From positions 1,888,001-1,952,000 of the forward strand of contig OZ242010.1 in the NCBI GenBank assembly GCA_965204745.1: a stretch of 64,000 nucleotides of DNA, written 5' to 3'. The translations under genes and the position numbers were made by a program. The notes under the pieces are model-generated. The model was not told the DNA's origin, made no database searches, and saw only the letters and a program-made list of their open reading frames with translations. The number at the start of each line of letters is the position of its first letter. Position 1 is the stretch's first letter. This DNA is from Candidatus Latescibacterota bacterium (lineage in GTDB: Bacteria > Latescibacterota > UBA2968). Of the stretch, positions 20,138-29,589 are shown piece by piece.

Positions 20138-22468
20138 ATGATTCTCATTCCATCAGAAGCAAGCGTTAGGCGGTCAGTGGCGGGCAAACGTCCCGTTTTG
20201 CTCGCTTGCTTACCACTTCTCCTCGCGCTTTCAACGGTCTTTATTTTTGGTCATGACCTGCGAAGTCACTTTGTGCGTTATCGTCACTCTGCCCTTACGC
20301 ATCATAAAATGTCGATATCCGCCAACCTTTCTCCAGATCACAACTTTCTGACGTTCTATGCCCAACCGCTCAATGCCGATGGCACGGTTTCTTACGTAAT
20401 GCATAATCGCTTTCCCATAGGTGGGTATGTGCTCATCGCGCTGGTCATCCTGCCTTTTGGCGACGACTTGGCAGCCCAACTCTATGCGGCAAGGACGCTG
20501 ATGTTGCTGTGCTTTGTTGCCACAGCACTGCTGGCGTATCTCTGCCTTTGCCGGCTAATACATCATCCCTGGATCGCCGCAACCGCGACGCTCTTGGCGT
20601 TCTCATCGTTCCATTGCTTGTTCTTCAGCGATATGGTGCAAAATGAAGCGGGGATCGATCTGCTCGGGGTAATGCTGACCTTTCACGGGATGGTCATTTT
20701 CTTCTGTGAGGGTCGCTTTCGGCAACTGCTGGTCAAGACGTGCATCGCGCTGTTTTTGGGCTGGCATGTCTATGCGTTGCTGTTGCCCTTTATCGCGCTC
20801 GGATTGGTGCGCGAATGGTGCCGTGCGCGTTCAGTCCCTTTCAAGCTGAAGTGCTCCCGCCTGCTTCGCAGTCGCTATGTGTTGCTCGGCATTGTCGCAT
20901 TGCTGTTTGGGTTGTCCTTGTTGACCTTTAATTTTTTCAATGAGTACGTCGCGCTGAAAGGTGAGAAATCCCTGACGGAATTACCGGCTTTCCGGTCTAT
21001 GATATATCGCACGGGAATAGATACCCCATGGGATAGACTCCAGAACCCCTTGAGGTGGGATTCCTTTCTGCGAGGTCAATTCTCTCGCATTGGTGGGATG
21101 TTCACGCCGTATTTTATTTTGCCCTACCTTAGCGCACTTCCCCCGGAGTTTTATGTGCCCTTGTCTGTTGGCGCGGGCATTGGGGTGTTTGTTTTTTGTC
21201 TGTTTGGGGTATATTTCACGCGCCCGAGAATCCTTTGGGCGACCTTGGGTCTGTTTGGCTTCTGTTGGACATTGCCCATGCGCCATCAAGTTAAAGAGAT
21301 TTACCATGCCTACGAAAGCGTGTTTTACATCGGCCTGCCTCTGGTCTTTTTCTCGCTTATTCTGCTGTGTCTATCCCGCCGCTTCAAGACTCCTCTTTTG
21401 ATGGTCGGCTTTGCGGGTGTTGCGCTGATCGTCTTTGTGCTTTCCAGTTTTCAGATGAGCCACTTCTATATCCCCGATGAGACGCAACGCCAAAAGGTCG
21501 AACTGGCAGACGCGACAGCCATCCGCCGGTTAACGGCAGATGGCGACCTCATTTTTGTGCCCTTCTACACCTCCTTCAAGAGACATCGGCTAAGATACTA
21601 TCTGAACCGGAGAATTATTCACTCTTATTTTTTTCCCGCAGAGGGCTTCACGATGATGAAAGATCGCCTGGAGACAGACGCACTGCTCACGCCGAAAAAC
21701 GAGCGGATATTCCTCTATGACTCCAAGAAATTGCTCAAAGCGTATCGGCAGGCATATCAACGGGTCGTGTCTGGCGAGCCTGTGGCGCGGTCAACCTTTG
21801 ATGTGTATCGCGATGAGCGCACGTTGCATTACGTCAAAAGTCCCTGTTCTGACGCGGACAGGAAGACCAAATTCTTCTTGCACATCTTTCCGACCGACAG
21901 AAAGGAACTGGACGCCCAGCGCTGGGTGTGGGGGTATGACAACGACAACTTTTCTTTTCATACGCGAGGCCTGCGGTTTGATGACAAATGCTTGGCGAGC
22001 GTCGCGCTTCCACACTACGACATCGCCCGGATTGAAACCGGTCCACTTTCCCCCGGCCAAAGCAATGAACGCACTGATGATCCCGGGATGCTCAAAGCGT
22101 ATCGGCAGGCATATCAACGGGTCGTGTCTGGCGAACCTGTGGCGCGGTCAACCTTTGATGTGTATCGCGATGAGCACATGTTGCATTACGTCAAAAGTCC
22201 CTGTTCTGATGCGGACGTGAAGACCAAATTCTTCTTGCACATCTTTCCGACCGACAGAAAGGAATTGGACGCCCATCGCTATCTGTGGGGGTATAACAGC
22301 GGCGACTTTAGTTTTTTGAGGCGAGGCGGTCTGCGGTTCGATGACAAATGCTTGGCGAGCATCGCGCTTCCGCACTACGACATCGCTCGTATTAAAACAG
22401 GTCAGTTCTACATTGATAAAGTTAGAGTGTGGGAGGCAGAAATTTTTCTCAACGAGCAGTCAAAGTAG
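20138..22468 (+). CDS. Array paralog 8 (2 C-terminal repeats)
   Basis: 776 aa ORF with an AGGAGG RBS. Confidence 0.88.
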   Translation: MILIPSEASVRRSVAGKRPVLLACLPLLLALSTVFIFGHDLRSHFVRYRHSALTHHKMSISANLSPDHNFLTFYAQPLNADGTVSYVMHNRFPIGGYVLIALVILPFGDDLAAQLYAARTLMLLCFVATALLAYLCLCRLIHHPWIAATATLLAFSSFHCLFFSDMVQNEAGIDLLGVMLTFHGMVIFFCEGRFRQLLVKTCIALFLGWHVYALLLPFIALGLVREWCRARSVPFKLKCSRLLRSRYVLLGIVALLFGLSLLTFNFFNEYVALKGEKSLTELPAFRSMIYRTGIDTPWDRLQNPLRWDSFLRGQFSRIGGMFTPYFILPYLSALPPEFYVPLSVGAGIGVFVFCLFGVYFTRPRILWATLGLFGFCWTLPMRHQVKEIYHAYESVFYIGLPLVFFSLILLCLSRRFKTPLLMVGFAGVALIVFVLSSFQMSHFYIPDETQRQKVELADATAIRRLTADGDLIFVPFYTSFKRHRLRYYLNRRIIHSYFFPAEGFTMMKDRLETDALLTPKNERIFLYDSKKLLKAYRQAYQRVVSGEPVARSTFDVYRDERTLHYVKSPCSDADRKTKFFLHIFPTDRKELDAQRWVWGYDNDNFSFHTRGLRFDDKCLASVALPHYDIARIETGPLSPGQSNERTDDPGMLKAYRQAYQRVVSGEPVARSTFDVYRDEHMLHYVKSPCSDADVKTKFFLHIFPTDRKELDAHRYLWGYNSGDFSFLRRGGLRFDDKCLASIALPHYDIARIKTGQFYIDKVRVWEAEIFLNEQSK

Positions 22469-22497
22469 ATACCCTATCCATTTCAGAGACTTAGGCC

Positions 22498-24888
22498 ATG
22501 ATTCTCATTCCATCAGAGGCAAGCGTTAGGCGGTCAGTGGCGGGCAAACGTCCCGTCCTGCTCGCTTGCTTACCGCTTCTCCTCGCGCTGTCAACGGTCT
22601 TTGTTTTTGGGCATGACCTGCGAAGTCACATAGCGCGTTCTAAGAGTCACTCTTTCCATACGCATCATAAAATGGCGATATCAGCCAATCTGTCTTTGGA
22701 TCACCACTTTCTGATGTTCTATCGCCAAACGCTCAATGCCGATGGCGCGGTTTCTTACGTACCGAATAATCGCTTTCCCATAGGTGGGCATGTGCTCATC
22801 GCGCTGGCTATCCTGCCCTTTGGCGATGACTTGGCAACCCAACTCTATGCGGCAAGGACCCTGATGTTGCTGTGCTTTGCCGCCACAGCACTGCTGGCCT
22901 ATCTCTGCCTTTGCCGGCTGACACATCATCCCTGGATCGCCACAACCGCGACGCTCTTGGCGTTCTCATCGTTCTATTGCTTGTTCTACAGCGATATGGT
23001 GTTCAATGAAGCGGGGATCGATCTGCTCGGGGTGATGCTGACCTTTCACGGCATGGTCATTTTCATTTATGAGGGTCGTTTTCGGCAACTGCTGGTCAAG
23101 ACGTGCATCGCGCTGTTTTTGGGCTGGCATGTCTATGCGTTGCTGTTGCCCTTTATCGCGCTCGGAATGGTGCGGGAATGGTGCCGTGCGCGTTCAGTCC
23201 CTTTCAAGTTGAAATGCTCCCGCCTGCTTCGCAGTCGCTATGTGTTGCTCGGCATTGTCGCGTTGCTCGTTGGGTTGTCCTTATTGACCTTTAATTTTTT
23301 CATTGAATACGTCGCGCTGAAGGGTGAGAAATCCCTGACGGAATTACCGTCTTTCCAGTCTATGATCTATCGCACGGGAATAGGTACCCCAGAAAATCGC
23401 TCCTCGCACCCCTTGAAGTGGGATTCCTTCCTGCGAGGTCAATGCTCTCGTATCGGTGGGATGTTCACGCCGTATTTCATCCTGCCCTCCCTCAATGCAC
23501 TTCTCCCGGAGTTTTATGTGCCCTTGTCCGTTGGCGTGGGCATTGGGGGGGTTATTTTGTGTCTGTCTGGGGTGTATTTCACGCGCCCAAGAATCCTTTG
23601 GGCGACCTTGATTCTGGTTGGCTTCTGTTGGGCATTGCCCATGCGCCATAATGTTAAAGAGCTTTCCCATAGCTTCGAGAGCGTGTTTTACATCGGCCTG
23701 CCTCTGGTCTTCTTCGCACTTGTTCTGCTGTGCCTATCCCGTCGCTTCAAGACCCCTCTTTTGATGGTCGGCTTTGCGGGTGCTGCCCTGATCGTCTTTG
23801 TGCTTTCCAGTCTTCAGATGAGCCATTTCTATGACCCCGATGCGACGCAACGCCAAAAGGTCGAGCTATCGGACGCGACAGCCATCCGCCGGTTAACGGC
23901 AGAGGACGACCTCATTTTTATCTCGCCCCATCCACATTTAAATTGGCCGGACTTTGGGGGCCTACGTTACGGGACAAGAATAGATTACTATTTGGCGCAG
24001 AGGATCATTCACTCTCATTCTCTCACCGCAGAGGGCTTCACGGTGAGGTATGATCGCCCTCTCACCGCAGAGGGCTTCACGGTGATAAATGATCGCCTGG
24101 AGACAGACGCGCTGCTCACGCCGAAAAACGAGCGGATATTCCTCTATGACTCCAAGAAATTGCTCAAAGCGTATCGGCAGGCAGTCGTGTCTGGCGAGTT
24201 AGTGGCGCGATCAACCTTTGATGTGTATCGCGACGAGCGTGCGTTGCATTACGTCAAAACGCCCTGTTCTGATGAGGACTTGAAGACCAAATTCTTCTTG
24301 CACATCTTTCCGACCAACAGGAAGGAACTGGACTCTCATCGCTTGCTGTGGGGGTATAACAACTACTCCTTTTCTTTTGATAAGCAAGGCCTGCGGTTCG
24401 ATGACAAATGCTTGGTGAGCATCGCGCTTCCGCATTACGATATCGCCCGTGTTGAAACAGGTCCACTTTCCTCCGACCAAAGCAAAGAACGCGCTAATGA
24501 CCCCGACAGGCTCGAGGTGTATCGGCAAGCATATCAACGGGTCATGTCTGGCGAGTTAGTGACGCGATCAACTTTCGACGTATATCGCGTATCGCGGGCA
24601 TTGTATTACGTCAAAAGTCCCTGTTCTGATGCGGACGTAAAGACCAAATTCTTCTTGCACATCTTTCCGACCAACAGGAAGGAACTGGACTCCTTGCGCT
24701 GGCAGTGGGGGTATAACAACTACGACTTTTTTTTTGATAAGCAAGGCCTGCGGTTCGATGACAAATGCTTGGCGAGCATCGCGCTTCCGCACTATGCCAT
24801 CGCCCGGATTGAAACGGGTCAGTTCTACTTTGATAGTAGAGGCAAACAATGGAAGGCAAAAATTTTTCTCAACGAGCAGGCAAAGTAG
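22498..24888 (+). CDS. Array paralog 9 (2 C-terminal repeats)
   Basis: 796 aa ORF with an internal 39-bp duplication. Confidence 0.88.
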   Translation: MILIPSEASVRRSVAGKRPVLLACLPLLLALSTVFVFGHDLRSHIARSKSHSFHTHHKMAISANLSLDHHFLMFYRQTLNADGAVSYVPNNRFPIGGHVLIALAILPFGDDLATQLYAARTLMLLCFAATALLAYLCLCRLTHHPWIATTATLLAFSSFYCLFYSDMVFNEAGIDLLGVMLTFHGMVIFIYEGRFRQLLVKTCIALFLGWHVYALLLPFIALGMVREWCRARSVPFKLKCSRLLRSRYVLLGIVALLVGLSLLTFNFFIEYVALKGEKSLTELPSFQSMIYRTGIGTPENRSSHPLKWDSFLRGQCSRIGGMFTPYFILPSLNALLPEFYVPLSVGVGIGGVILCLSGVYFTRPRILWATLILVGFCWALPMRHNVKELSHSFESVFYIGLPLVFFALVLLCLSRRFKTPLLMVGFAGAALIVFVLSSLQMSHFYDPDATQRQKVELSDATAIRRLTAEDDLIFISPHPHLNWPDFGGLRYGTRIDYYLAQRIIHSHSLTAEGFTVRYDRPLTAEGFTVINDRLETDALLTPKNERIFLYDSKKLLKAYRQAVVSGELVARSTFDVYRDERALHYVKTPCSDEDLKTKFFLHIFPTNRKELDSHRLLWGYNNYSFSFDKQGLRFDDKCLVSIALPHYDIARVETGPLSSDQSKERANDPDRLEVYRQAYQRVMSGELVTRSTFDVYRVSRALYYVKSPCSDADVKTKFFLHIFPTNRKELDSLRWQWGYNNYDFFFDKQGLRFDDKCLASIALPHYAIARIETGQFYFDSRGKQWKAKIFLNEQAK

Positions 24889-24917
24889 ATACCATATCGT
24901 TTTAGGAGGCTTAGGCC

Positions 24918-27209
24918 ATGGTTCTAACAGATGCCAGCGTTAGGCGGTCAGTCGCGGGCAAACGTCCCGTTCTGCTCGCTTGCTTACCGTTGCTCCTCGC
25001 GCTGTCAACGGTCTTTATTTTTTGCCACGACCTGCGAAGCCACTGTGTACGTTCTTATAGTCACTCTGTCCTTACGCATCATAAAATGGCGATAGCCGCC
25101 AATCTGTCTTTGGATCACCACTTCCTGATGTTCTATCGCCAAACGCTCAATGCCGATGGCGCGGTTTCTTACGAACTGTATAATCGCTTTCCCATAGGTG
25201 GGTATGTGCTCATCGCGCTGGCTATCCTGCCCTTTGGCGATGACTTGGCAACCCAACTCTATGCGGCAAGGACCCTGATGTTGCTGTGCTTTGTTGCAAC
25301 AGCACTGCTGGCCTATCTCTGCCTTTGCCGGCTGACACATCATCCCTGGATCGCCGCAACCGCGACGCTCTTGGCGTTCTCATCATTCTATTGCTTGTTC
25401 TACAGCGATATGGTGCATAATGAAACGGGGATCGACCTGCTCGGGGTGATGCTGACTTTTCACGGGATGGTCATTTTCTTATGTGAGGGTCGTTTTCGGC
25501 AACTGCTGGTCAAGATGTGCATCGCGCTGTTTTTGGGCTGGCATGTCTATGCGTTGCTGTTGCCCTTTATCGCGCTCGGATTGGTGCGAGAATGCCGTCG
25601 TGCGCGTTCAGTCCCTTTCAAGTTGAAGTGCTCCCGCCTACTTCGCAGTCGCTATGTGTTGCTCGGCATTGTCGCGTTGCTCGTTGGGTTGTCCTTGTTG
25701 ACCTTTAATTTTGTCAATGAATACGTCGCGCTGAAAGGTGAGAAATCCCTGACGGAATTACCGTCTTTCCAGTCTATGATGTATCGCACGGGAATAGATA
25801 CCCCATGGTATAGACTACAGAACCCCTTGAGGTGGGATTCCTTTCTGCTGGGTCAATTCTCTCGCATTGGTGGGATGTTCACGCCGTATTTTATTTTCCC
25901 CTACCTTAGCGCACTTCCCCCGGAGTTTTATGTGCCCTTGTCTGTTGGCGCGGGCATTGGGGTGTTTGTTTTTTATCTATTTGGGGTATATTTCACGCGC
26001 CCGAGAATCCTTTGGGCGACCTTGGGTCTGGTTGGCTTCTGTTGGGCATTGCCCATGCGCCATAATGTTAAAGAGCTTTCCCATAGCTTCGAGAGCGTGT
26101 TTTACATCGGCCTGCCTCTGGTCTTCTTCTCGCTTCTTCTGCTGTGCCTATCCCGCCGCTTCAAGGCCCCTCCTTTAATGGTCGGCTTTGCGGGTGTTGC
26201 CCTGATCGTCTTTGTGCTTTCCAGTTTTCAGATGAGCCACTTCTATGACCTCGATGCGACGCAACGCCAAAAGGTCGAACTGTCCGACGTTACAGCCATC
26301 CGCCGGTTAACGGCAGAGGACGACCTCATTTTTCTACCGTTCTATAGCTCATCTGATTTAAATCCGCCGAAGCTACATTACTATTTGGCGCGGAGGATCA
26401 TTCACGCTCATTCTCTCACCGCAGAGGGCTTCACGCTGATGGATGATCGCCTGGAGACAGACGCGTTGCTCACGCCGAAAAACGAGCGGATATTTCTTTA
26501 TGACTCCAAGAAATTGCTCAAAGCGTATCGGCAGGCAGTCGTGTCTGGCGAGTTGGTGGCGCGGTCAACCTTTGATGTGTATCGGGATGAGCGCACGTTG
26601 CATTACGTCAAAAGTCCCTGTTCTGACGCGGACATGAAGACCAAATTCTTCTTGTACATCTTTCCGACAGATGAGAGATCTATTCCCTTTGGATATGACA
26701 ACGAAGTCTTTAAGTTTCAGGATCGCGGTTTGCGCTTCGACGATAAATGCTTGGCGAGCGTCGCGCTTCCGAACTACGATATCGCCCGGATTGAAACCGG
26801 GCCACTTTCCCCGGCCCAAAGCAAAGAACGCGGAAGGCGCGAGGTGTATCGGCAATATCAACGGGTCGTGTCTGGCGAGTTGGTGGCGCGGTCAACCTTC
26901 GATGTGTATCGCGACGAGCGTGTGTTGCATTACGTCAAAACGCCCTGTTTTGATGAAGACATAAAAACCAAATTCTTCTTGCACATCTTTCCGACCGACA
27001 GAAAGGAACTGCCCTCCCATCGCTGGCTGTGGGGGTATGACAACGACGACTTTTCTTGGCGTAAGCGAGGCCTGCGGTTCGATGACAAATGCTTGGCGAG
27101 CATCGCGCTTCCACACTACGACATCGCCCGGATTAAAACGGGTCAGTTCTACGATGATGGGGTTAGAGTGTGGGAGGTAGAAATTTCTCTCAACGAGCAG
27201 TCAAAGTAG
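24918..27209 (+). CDS. Array paralog 10 (2 C-terminal repeats)
   Basis: 763 aa ORF. MVLTDAS start shared with paralog 1. Confidence 0.88.
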   Translation: MVLTDASVRRSVAGKRPVLLACLPLLLALSTVFIFCHDLRSHCVRSYSHSVLTHHKMAIAANLSLDHHFLMFYRQTLNADGAVSYELYNRFPIGGYVLIALAILPFGDDLATQLYAARTLMLLCFVATALLAYLCLCRLTHHPWIAATATLLAFSSFYCLFYSDMVHNETGIDLLGVMLTFHGMVIFLCEGRFRQLLVKMCIALFLGWHVYALLLPFIALGLVRECRRARSVPFKLKCSRLLRSRYVLLGIVALLVGLSLLTFNFVNEYVALKGEKSLTELPSFQSMMYRTGIDTPWYRLQNPLRWDSFLLGQFSRIGGMFTPYFIFPYLSALPPEFYVPLSVGAGIGVFVFYLFGVYFTRPRILWATLGLVGFCWALPMRHNVKELSHSFESVFYIGLPLVFFSLLLLCLSRRFKAPPLMVGFAGVALIVFVLSSFQMSHFYDLDATQRQKVELSDVTAIRRLTAEDDLIFLPFYSSSDLNPPKLHYYLARRIIHAHSLTAEGFTLMDDRLETDALLTPKNERIFLYDSKKLLKAYRQAVVSGELVARSTFDVYRDERTLHYVKSPCSDADMKTKFFLYIFPTDERSIPFGYDNEVFKFQDRGLRFDDKCLASVALPNYDIARIETGPLSPAQSKERGRREVYRQYQRVVSGELVARSTFDVYRDERVLHYVKTPCFDEDIKTKFFLHIFPTDRKELPSHRWLWGYDNDDFSWRKRGLRFDDKCLASIALPHYDIARIKTGQFYDDGVRVWEVEISLNEQSK

Positions 27210-27238
27210 ATCCCCTATCCATTTGGGAGGCTTAGGCC

Positions 27239-29560
27239 ATGATTCTCATTCCATCAGAGGCAAGCGTTAGGCGGTCAGTCGCGGGAAAATGTCCCGTTCT
27301 GCTCGCATGCTTACCGCTACTCCTCGCGCTGTCAACGGTCTTTGTTTTTGGGCATGACCTGCGAAGTCACATAGAGCGTTCTCCTGGTTACTCTAACCTT
27401 ACGCATCATAAAATGTCGATAGCCGCCAACCTTTCTCCAGATCACAACTTTCTGATGTTCTATCGCCAAACGCTCAATGCCGATGGCGCGGTTTATTACG
27501 AAATGTATAATCGCCATCCCATAGGTGAGTTTGTGCTCATTGCGCTGGCTATCCTGCCCTTTGGCGATGACTTGGCAAGCCAACTCTATGCGGCAAGGAC
27601 CCTGATGTTGCTGTGCTTTGTTGCAACAGCACTGCTGGCGTATCTCTGCCTTTGCCGGCTAATACATCATCCCTGGATCGCCGCAACCGCGACGCTCTTG
27701 GCGTTCTCATCGTTCCATTGCTTGTTCTACAGCGATATGGTGTTCAATGATACGTGGATCGACCTGCTTGGGGTAATGCTGACTTTTCACGGGATGATCA
27801 TTTTCTTCTGTGAGGGTCGCTTTCGGCAACTGCTGGTCAAGACGTGCATCGCGCTGTTTTTGGGCTGGCATGTCTATGCGCTGCTGTTGTCCTTTATCGC
27901 GCTCGGAGTGGTGCGGGAATGCCGCCGTGCGCGTTCAGTCCCTTTCAAGTTGAAGTGCTCCCGCCTGCTTCGCAGTCGCTATGTGTTGCTCGGCATTGTC
28001 GCATTGCTGTTTGGGTTGTCCTTGTTGACCTTTAATTTCGCTAATGAATACGTCGCGCTGAAAGGTGAGAAATCCCTGACGGAATTACCGTCTTTCCAGT
28101 CTATGACGTATCGCACGGGAATAGACCCAGGAAATAGACCAGGTCGCCCCTTGAGGTGGAATTCCTTTCTGCGAGATCAATTCTCTCGCATTGGTGGGGT
28201 GTCAACGCCGTATTTTATTTTTTTCTATCTTAGCGCACTTCCCCCGCAGTCTTACGTGCCCTTGTCCGTTGGTGTGGGCATTGGGGTGTCTATTGCGTGT
28301 CTGGTGGGGGTGTATTTCACGCGCCCGAGAATCCTTTGGGCGCCCTTGATTCTGCTTGGCTTCTGTTGGGCATTGCCCATGCGCTATCAAGTTAAAACGC
28401 CTGGTCATGCTTATGAGAGCATGTTTTACATCGGCCTGCCACTGGTCTTCTTCTCGCTTATTCTGCTGTGCCTATCCCGACGCTTCAATGCCCCGCTTTT
28501 GATGGTCGGCTTTGCGGGTATTGCCCTGATCGTCTTTGTGCTTTCCAGTTTTCAGATGAGCCATTTCTATGCCCCCGATGCGACGCAACGCCAAAAGGCT
28601 GAGTTGGCAGACGCGACAGCCATCCGCCGGTTAACGGCAGAGGACGACCTCATTTTCTTTACCCCTGGTTTCAATCTGGCGAAGCTACGTTACTATTTGG
28701 CGCGGAGGATCATTCACTCTCATTCTCTCACCGCAGAGGGCTTCACGCTGATGGATGATCGCCTGGAGACAGACGCGTTGCTCACGCCGAAAAACGAGCG
28801 GATATTCCTTTATGACTCCAAGAAATTGCTCAAAGCGTATCGGCAGGCAGGCGTGTCTGGCGAGGTGGTGGCGCGGTCAACCTTCGATGTATATCGCGAT
28901 GAGCACACGTTGTATTACGTCAAAAGTCCCTGTTCTGACGCGGACATGCAGACCGAATTCTTCTTGCACATCTTTCCGACAGACACGCAGGAACTGCTCT
29001 CTCATCGCTGGCAGTGGGGGTATGACAACGACGACTTTTCTTTTCATACGCGAGGCCTGCGGTTCGATGACAAATGCTTGGCGAGCATCGCGCTTCCACA
29101 CTACGACATCGCCCGGATTGAAACCGGGCCACTTTCCCCCGGCCAAAGCAATGAACGCACTGATGATCCCGGGATGCTCAAAGCGCATCGGCAGGTATAT
29201 CAACGGGTCGTGTCTGGCGCGCCTGTGGCGCGGTCAACTTTCGATGTGTATCGCGATGATCGCACGTTGTATTACGTCAAAAGTCCCTGTTCTGATGCGG
29301 ACGTGAAATTACGATTCTTCTTACACCTCTTTCCCGCAGACGCGAAGGAGCTTCTCAGCGGCTTTCACCGCTGGCAGTATGGATATAACAACGACGACTT
29401 TAATTTTTCTGATCAGGGCCTGCGGTTCGATGACAAATGCTTGGCGAGCGTCGCGCTTCCGCACTACGACATCGCTCGTATTGAAACGGGTCAGTTCCAC
29501 TGGAACAGCGGTAGCAAACAATGGAAGGCTAAAATTTTTCTTGACGAACAGTCAAAGTAG
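27239..29560 (+). CDS. Array paralog 11 (2 C-terminal repeats)
   Basis: 773 aa ORF collinear with the other copies. Confidence 0.88.
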   Translation: MILIPSEASVRRSVAGKCPVLLACLPLLLALSTVFVFGHDLRSHIERSPGYSNLTHHKMSIAANLSPDHNFLMFYRQTLNADGAVYYEMYNRHPIGEFVLIALAILPFGDDLASQLYAARTLMLLCFVATALLAYLCLCRLIHHPWIAATATLLAFSSFHCLFYSDMVFNDTWIDLLGVMLTFHGMIIFFCEGRFRQLLVKTCIALFLGWHVYALLLSFIALGVVRECRRARSVPFKLKCSRLLRSRYVLLGIVALLFGLSLLTFNFANEYVALKGEKSLTELPSFQSMTYRTGIDPGNRPGRPLRWNSFLRDQFSRIGGVSTPYFIFFYLSALPPQSYVPLSVGVGIGVSIACLVGVYFTRPRILWAPLILLGFCWALPMRYQVKTPGHAYESMFYIGLPLVFFSLILLCLSRRFNAPLLMVGFAGIALIVFVLSSFQMSHFYAPDATQRQKAELADATAIRRLTAEDDLIFFTPGFNLAKLRYYLARRIIHSHSLTAEGFTLMDDRLETDALLTPKNERIFLYDSKKLLKAYRQAGVSGEVVARSTFDVYRDEHTLYYVKSPCSDADMQTEFFLHIFPTDTQELLSHRWQWGYDNDDFSFHTRGLRFDDKCLASIALPHYDIARIETGPLSPGQSNERTDDPGMLKAHRQVYQRVVSGAPVARSTFDVYRDDRTLYYVKSPCSDADVKLRFFLHLFPADAKELLSGFHRWQYGYNNDDFNFSDQGLRFDDKCLASVALPHYDIARIETGQFHWNSGSKQWKAKIFLDEQSK

Positions 29561-29589
29561 ATACCTTATCCATTTCAGAGGCTTAGGCC

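Noticed and set aside
4824-29589. Spacers as integron attC sites or CRISPR repeats
   Set aside because: They are 29-bp non-palindromic RBS-bearing linkers between paralogs. No integrase or cas genes are present.
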